64,000 bases of DNA from Oceanispirochaeta sp. (GTDB taxonomy: Bacteria; Spirochaetota; Spirochaetia; DSM-2461). A model generated the notes under the pieces. That model was not told where the DNA came from and searched no databases. It saw only the letters and a list, made by a program, of their open reading frames with translations. Shown piece by piece: positions 60,001 to 64,000 of the stretch. Each line of letters starts with the position of its first letter. Within the stretch, counting starts at the first letter, position 1. The stretch covers positions 1,408,001-1,472,000 of the forward strand of contig CAXXOA010000002.1 of assembly GCA_963666275.2 (NCBI GenBank), in the 5' to 3' direction. Made by a program: the position numbers and the translations under genes.

Positions 60001-60869
60001 ACGGCCAGTCCCTGAAGCTCCAGTCCGTACCAACCCCCGGCAGAGCCTACGGAGTCACCCTTGACGGGACAGACCTCTGGGTTGTTGACCGGAAAGGCGG
60101 AGTGGCTCTGTATGATTTCTCCCGCCCCACCGGGTTCTCCGCCGACTCTCTGATCAGAACCTATGCTTCCGAGTATGCCGAGGATATCCTCCTGATGGAT
60201 GAGACTCTCTATGTGGCCGACGGCCCTGCGGGTGTGAAGGTCTTTGATCTCAATAGACCGGACGAAGCGGTTACAAGCTTTCCTGTATCGGGAAGAGCCA
60301 GAAGAATCCTGCCCTACGGAGGGTCAATCGCCGTGGTTTCTTCTGGAGACGGGGTCCTTTTCCTGAAAGACAATGCCATGACAGGACGGATCAACTATCC
60401 GGATGTGCGGGATGCCGCTTTCTACGGCTCCTACCTCTTTGCGGGTGACTATAGAGAGGGACTGATCATCATGGAAATGACAGGAGAGGGCAGGGCTATC
60501 GAGCTGGACGTTCTTGAGGAATTTGAGAATATACGGCAGCTTATGATCAAAGACGATACTCTTTATGTTCTCCATAAAGGGGGTATCACTCTTTTGACCA
60601 TAACAAACCCCGAACATCCTCTCATCAGAGAAAATATCTCCTACCCCGATGCCGAAGCCATGCAGCTCTCGGGAAACCGGCTCTATGTGGCCGGCGGTTT
60701 TCAGGGTGTTTCCATTTACAGGATCAAAGAGGATCTGTCGGCTCTGAAGGTCTCTGACTGCGAAGATATCTTTGCAGTGGATGTGGCCCCCGCCGGATCC
60801 TATGCGGTCTATGCGGATATGGAAGGCATCGGTGTCATCGAGGTATTAATCCCCGAATGGGTGGAATGA
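57009..60869 (+). CDS. Lipoprotein with Pro/Glu-rich stalk, Ig-like/FN3 domains and LVIVD beta-propeller repeats
   Basis: Lipobox LASC; FN3-type LSW...YRILR...YVD...YYYRI; repeated YAYVASG..G...vDIS.P..P. Confidence 0.85.
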   Translation: MIPWIKKAFLAGAGLLLLASCQKEKEASPQENEPPVQTRFIVSPESENSPESENSPESENSPESEKSPESEISPESEDNKSSEAEDLALSDKAPPVQTRFIPSVQPEEDANKAEMPLKEDSQKKEEPAPTELSFLIPYHRPAFHAVPHENQAAAERLAAAGQPAPFSPLSYPIGGDKEEPVPQISAELAILPEKKEEILKVPEEKTDPPEPEIVPEVVIVPEPEVEPEPAPEVVIIPEPAPEIVIVPEPKVEPEPAPEVVIVPEPEPESEVLPEPVPEVTIAPEPEVKPEVLPELAPEVVIAPEPEGMTETASELPEEPETDPDLLLPGPTVVLESPLDDSYYQSAILLKGMVSPSPEAPGETSGVKSLTWRIQGMGEYDNTVFLEEDGSFVLDIFTTGLEGVQTLILKSEDFGGRVSVREIPLKDGNQPPGLALEYPPPRGQYGSMLSVKGRLRDLYEGIPELEGISRLSYSLVPKNRSTGQTVQTGEVELENNAFFFAIDMAERAGEQTLRLEAVGANGAVSTMDVTLFRGGSDIPSFTILPQDERLVFTWDAISGAEDQTLYLTDDGSTPSEESGGSRFGSVLSPLTLGSVRNGIRYKARLKARVGDQILWSDVMEAVPLSPGSLELTAEGRFEQIRLSWKDIPGASLYRILRREENQQDFTPLDEDISGTEYVDATVQFGRNYYYRIEPSDVKGPLSYDVPASSLEAPSEKITMSSHYRDMTPLRVTVSGEYAFVAAGDTGFYIMDVSTPQKPLEIGHLDLGDVKDIYISGEYAYVASGSNGFSLVNISEPTKPFIVLSRVTEDASGIAGEDNTVYLADGDRGVQIFDISSRQDPRRLSSLHDFPAYQLVLEDNLLYVAAGTEGMKVLDITNPASPRLKGSYSLAPVYDLYLDNESLYLACGEEGMIILESNEGEFSEVSRFRSSNARAVRIWEDYAMIADGSGGMKAVDISIPRDPHLFGSFDGQDTSSIAMADDYALIADVSGLKVVRTYLYGQSLKLQSVPTPGRAYGVTLDGTDLWVVDRKGGVALYDFSRPTGFSADSLIRTYASEYAEDILLMDETLYVADGPAGVKVFDLNRPDEAVTSFPVSGRARRILPYGGSIAVVSSGDGVLFLKDNAMTGRINYPDVRDAAFYGSYLFAGDYREGLIIMEMTGEGRAIELDVLEEFENIRQLMIKDDTLYVLHKGGITLLTITNPEHPLIRENISYPDAEAMQLSGNRLYVAGGFQGVSIYRIKEDLSALKVSDCEDIFAVDVAPAGSYAVYADMEGIGVIEVLIPEWVE
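57114..57138 (+). repeat. REP-like palindromic element, in-frame copy 1
   Basis: GTACAGACGCGATTTATCGTGTCTC, one mismatch to the intergenic copy at 61014-61038. Confidence 0.8.
57135..57242 (+). repeat. 18-bp tandem repeat x6, encoding SPESE(N/K/I/D)
   Basis: Three perfect TCTCCCGAATCAGAAAAT copies followed by three diverging ones. Confidence 0.92.
57294..57317 (+). repeat. REP-like palindromic element, in-frame copy 2 (decayed)
   Basis: GTACAGACGCGATTCATCCCGTCT, exactly 180 nt after copy 1. Confidence 0.75.
57640..57927 (+). repeat. Degenerate PEVVIVPEP(E/K)VEPEPA coding repeats
   Basis: About 7 Pro/Glu/Val-rich peptide repeats with diverged synonymous codons. Confidence 0.8.
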
Positions 60870-60923
60870 ATCCCCGGGTATCCCATCGATGATTGATCAA
60901 ATAATCCCTATGGCAGATTCCCG

Positions 60924-61038
60924 GTGGAAACGCGATTTATCGCGTTTAATTCCTGGATTTTCCGGCGGGGGATTTGGATTGCCGTCATTAAAATATTATT
61001 CCCGGTAGGCAATGAGACGCGATAAATCGCGTCTGTAC
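60924..61038. repeat. Inverted pair of REP-like elements (REPIN-like)
   Basis: GTGGAAACGCGATTTATCGCGTTT on + (60924-60947) and GTACAGACGCGATTTATCGCGTCTC on - (61038-61014), between convergent genes. Confidence 0.8.
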
Positions 61039-61092
61039 AGGGGGGCGGGGGGATCATCAAATCATTGATTGCCTGGATACAATGGGATTTTT

Positions 61093-61521
61093 TTATACGG
61101 GTTTCATATCCGGATCTGTAGCGGGATTATGGGTTTTCATATATTCATGTTCTTCCGACACATGTTCCAGGTATTTTCCCAGAGTCCATTTCATGGCGGT
61201 TTCTGTGACCATGGCAAAAATGATATCCTGAGGATTCTCCGATATGGATTTCATGGTTCTCATGATCGTGACGGCCCGCTCTTTCGAGTAAACCGCCATA
61301 AAGATTACCCTGTGTCCCTGTGTTATGGCTTTCCCTTCAATAGATTCCCCCTTGAAGAGCCCTTCCAAGACCTCTTCCACAACCATTTCGAGCATACTTT
61401 CTGTCATGGGGGCAAAGGTTGTTTTTACCTCTTCGGAAGTACTGATCTCCGACAGGGCTTCAAGTCCTCTGGCTGCCTGTTCTTTTGTAAAACCTTTGAG
61501 AAGACACATTTCCTGAATCAT
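61093..61521 (-). CDS. Conserved hypothetical protein (DUF3783-like)
   Basis: IFAMVTETAMKWTLGKYLEHVSEEHEYM C-terminal pattern. Confidence 0.65.
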   Translation of the reverse strand: MIQEMCLLKGFTKEQAARGLEALSEISTSEEVKTTFAPMTESMLEMVVEEVLEGLFKGESIEGKAITQGHRVIFMAVYSKERAVTIMRTMKSISENPQDIIFAMVTETAMKWTLGKYLEHVSEEHEYMKTHNPATDPDMKPV

Positions 61522-61729
61522 AAAAATATCCTTTCCAGACTGTAAAAATCTGAGCTTTTCCTATGTATTTAAATTAAAAATAGTAGCAATCCCGGGATTT
61601 TACCATAAAAAATGCTATTTTTCTCATTTGACCCCATCAGGAAGCATCAGTATTTTTAAGACATAAGATGAACAGGAGGATCCCTCTTATGTCGGGTCCT
61701 TCTGTCAGGAAAGCTGAACAGGAGATATT

Positions 61730-64000
61730 ATGGCTCAGATAAATTACACGATTAAAGCCCAGGAAGCCATCGCGGATGCTTCCAGACAGGCCCAGAAATA
61801 TAATCATACCCTCATAGACGAAGAACATCTGCTCCTTTCTCTGATGGAACAGAAAGAGGGTGTGATTCCCCCCCTGATGGATCGTCTGGGGATTCAGAAA
61901 AATCTGCTCAGTGATGAGATTATTGCCAGGCTCAGCCAGAAGCCCCGGGCCTACGGGGATAATATTGAAGTGAATGCTTCTCCCTCTCTGAGGAATCTTT
62001 TCCGTCAGGCTGAATCGGAAGCTTCCAATCTCAAAGATGATTATGTTTCCACCGAGCACCTGCTCATTGCCATGGCAGCCGGATCCGGCGGTGGCGGGAC
62101 TCTGCTTAAAAAACACGGCATCACAAAAGACGGAATCCTCCAGGCCCTGGTTACCATCCGGGGGTCCCAGAGAGTCACCAGTGAAAATCCCGAAAACCAG
62201 TATCAGGTTCTGGAACGCTACTGCCGGGATCTGACCGCTCTGGCCAGGAAGGAAAAACTTGACCCCGTGATCGGCCGGGACGAAGAGATCCGCCGGGTGA
62301 TGCAGGTCCTTTCCAGAAGGACAAAAAACAACCCTGTCCTGATCGGTGAGCCTGGTGTGGGAAAAACAGCCATTGCCGAAGGACTGGCCAGACGGATCGT
62401 GGAGGGGGATGTTCCCGATTCTCTGAAGGATAAAAAACTCCTGGCCCTTGATCTGGGAGCCCTGGTGGCGGGAGCCAAATTCCGGGGAGAGTTCGAAGAG
62501 AGACTGAAAGCGGTGATTCAGGAAATCACCGAAGCAGACGGGCATATCATCCTTTTTATAGATGAATTGCATACCCTCATGGGTGCCGGAGCGGCAGAAG
62601 GCTCCACAGATGCGTCAAACCTGCTGAAACCGGCTCTTGCCAGAGGAGAACTCCGCACCATCGGGGCGACTACCCTGGATGAGTACAGAAAGCATATCGA
62701 GAAGGATCCCGCCTTTGAACGGAGATTCCAGCAGGTCTATACCTCTGAACCTTCGGTGGAGGATTCCATTACCATCCTCCGGGGGATCAAGGACAAATAC
62801 GAAGTCCATCACGGAGTCCGGATCAGGGATGATGCCCTTATCAGTGCGGCCACCCTTTCGGATCGGTACATAACTTCCCGGTTTCTGCCCGACAAAGCGA
62901 TCGATCTGGTGGACGAAGCTGCCAGCCGTCTGAAAATGGAGATTGAAAGCCAGCCTGTGGAGCTGGATCGGCTGGAAAGGAAGATCCTCCAGATGCAGAT
63001 CGAAAAACAGTCCCTTTCCCAGGAAACCGATGCGGCCTCCCGGGAACGTCTGGAGGTGCTGGGCAAAGAGCTGAGCAATCTGCAGTCCCAGAGGGATGCG
63101 CTCCACCTGCAGTGGCAGAATGAAAAGAATATCATTGATAAGATCCGGGATCTGAATCAGACCATAGAAGATCTGAGACGCCAGGAAATTCAGTACGAAA
63201 GGGACGGCAATCTGGCGGGGGCTGCGGAAATCAAACACGGCAGTATTCCCCAGACCCAGATGGAACTGGCTGCCCAGACAAAGCAGCTTCAGGATATTCA
63301 GGGAGAGAACAGCCTTCTCCGGGAAGAGGTTTCAGAAGAGGATATTGCCGGAGTCGTCTCCCTCTGGACGGGGATTCCTGTCAGCAAGATGCTCTCTTCT
63401 GAAAGGGAGAAATTCCTCAAACTGGAGGAAATCCTGACAAGACGGGTTGTGGGACAGCAGAAGGCCGTTCAGACGGTCTCAGATGCCATCAGGAGGAACA
63501 AGAGCGGCCTCAGCGATGCAGGACGTCCTCTGGGATCATTTATCTTTCTCGGGCCTACTGGTGTGGGAAAAACGGAACTGGCCAAAACCCTGGCGGATTT
63601 CCTGTTCAATGATGAAAAATCTCTGACCCGTATCGATATGAGTGAGTATATGGAGAAATTCTCTGTCTCCCGCCTTGTGGGAGCCCCTCCCGGATATGTG
63701 GGTTACGAAGAAGGGGGACAGCTGACGGAAGCGGTCAGACGGCGTCCCTATTCGGTTGTCCTTTTCGACGAGATCGAAAAAGCCCATCCCGATGTCTTCA
63801 ATATCCTCCTGCAGCTCCTGGATGACGGAAGGCTCACGGACAGTCAGGGACGGGTGGTGGATTTCCGCAATGCCATCATCATCATGACAAGCAATCTGGG
63901 AAGTGAGATCATCCTTGAAAACGGCACCGGAGAGGAAACAGACAGAAAGCTTCTGGATCTTATGAAAAGGACCTTCCGTCCCGAGTTCCTCAACAGGATC
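61730..64000 (+). CDS. clpB: ATP-dependent chaperone ClpB (runs off the window end)
   Basis: Not in the ORF track. ATG 61730 with AGGAG SD; translation contains [32 protein letters not shown], a coiled-coil M domain and [14 protein letters not shown]. Confidence 0.96.
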   Translation, partial: MAQINYTIKAQEAIADASRQAQKYNHTLIDEEHLLLSLMEQKEGVIPPLMDRLGIQKNLLSDEIIARLSQKPRAYGDNIEVNASPSLRNLFRQAESEASNLKDDYVSTEHLLIAMAAGSGGGGTLLKKHGITKDGILQALVTIRGSQRVTSENPENQYQVLERYCRDLTALARKEKLDPVIGRDEEIRRVMQVLSRRTKNNPVLIGEPGVGKTAIAEGLARRIVEGDVPDSLKDKKLLALDLGALVAGAKFRGEFEERLKAVIQEITEADGHIILFIDELHTLMGAGAAEGSTDASNLLKPALARGELRTIGATTLDEYRKHIEKDPAFERRFQQVYTSEPSVEDSITILRGIKDKYEVHHGVRIRDDALISAATLSDRYITSRFLPDKAIDLVDEAASRLKMEIESQPVELDRLERKILQMQIEKQSLSQETDAASRERLEVLGKELSNLQSQRDALHLQWQNEKNIIDKIRDLNQTIEDLRRQEIQYERDGNLAGAAEIKHGSIPQTQMELAAQTKQLQDIQGENSLLREEVSEEDIAGVVSLWTGIPVSKMLSSEREKFLKLEEILTRRVVGQQKAVQTVSDAIRRNKSGLSDAGRPLGSFIFLGPTGVGKTELAKTLADFLFNDEKSLTRIDMSEYMEKFSVSRLVGAPPGYVGYEEGGQLTEAVRRRPYSVVLFDEIEKAHPDVFNILLQLLDDGRLTDSQGRVVDFRNAIIIMTSNLGSEIILENGTGEETDRKLLDLMKRTFRPEFLNRI

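Noticed and set aside
61576..61622. CIRCE element upstream of clpB
   Set aside because: Only a partial left arm (TAGCAATC) is present, with no GAGTGCTAA arm at 9-nt spacing.

Overview
64 kb of bacterial chromosome. It is very likely a free-living anaerobic spirochaete (Spirochaetaceae, Oceanispirochaeta/Spirochaeta-like). That is an inference from the L28 insert type, spirochaete-style lipoboxes and FxGGxxE signal peptides, and tRNAs lacking encoded CCA. Most of the window is housekeeping and metabolic: gpsA (partial), ilvY-like LysR coupled to an NrpR-family regulator, a GT4-histidine phosphatase fusion with a WcaJ-like gene, alkaline phosphatase with YibE/F, a two-subunit molybdenum hydroxylase, a DAACS symporter, a CZB chemoreceptor, a TPP-riboswitch thiamine ABC transporter, Rrf2-cysK-metY, MarR, a 7TM hybrid kinase, glgA, two c-di-GMP enzymes, AraC with a Tat/FMN-binding flavoreductase, tRNA-Arg and tRNA-Pro, nth, DtxR-pyrK-pyrD, rpmB and clpB (partial). 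I saw no CRISPR array, transposase or integrase. The most unusual items are: (1) a 12 kb coupled three-gene envelope operon, encoding a beta-barrel/transglutaminase/TPR protein, a 1973-aa Ig-repeat lipoprotein with a low-GC core and C-terminal anchor, and a Pro/Glu-stalk FN3/LVIVD lipoprotein; (2) a REP-like palindrome present as an intergenic inverted pair and also in-frame twice inside the third gene; (3) 16 perfect 9-bp repeats that amplify one half of a palindrome in the Rrf2-cysK-metY leader; (4) candidate Fur, Pho, sigma28 and DtxR sites in front of small or unexpected genes. All calls come from reading the sequence by eye; no searches were run.
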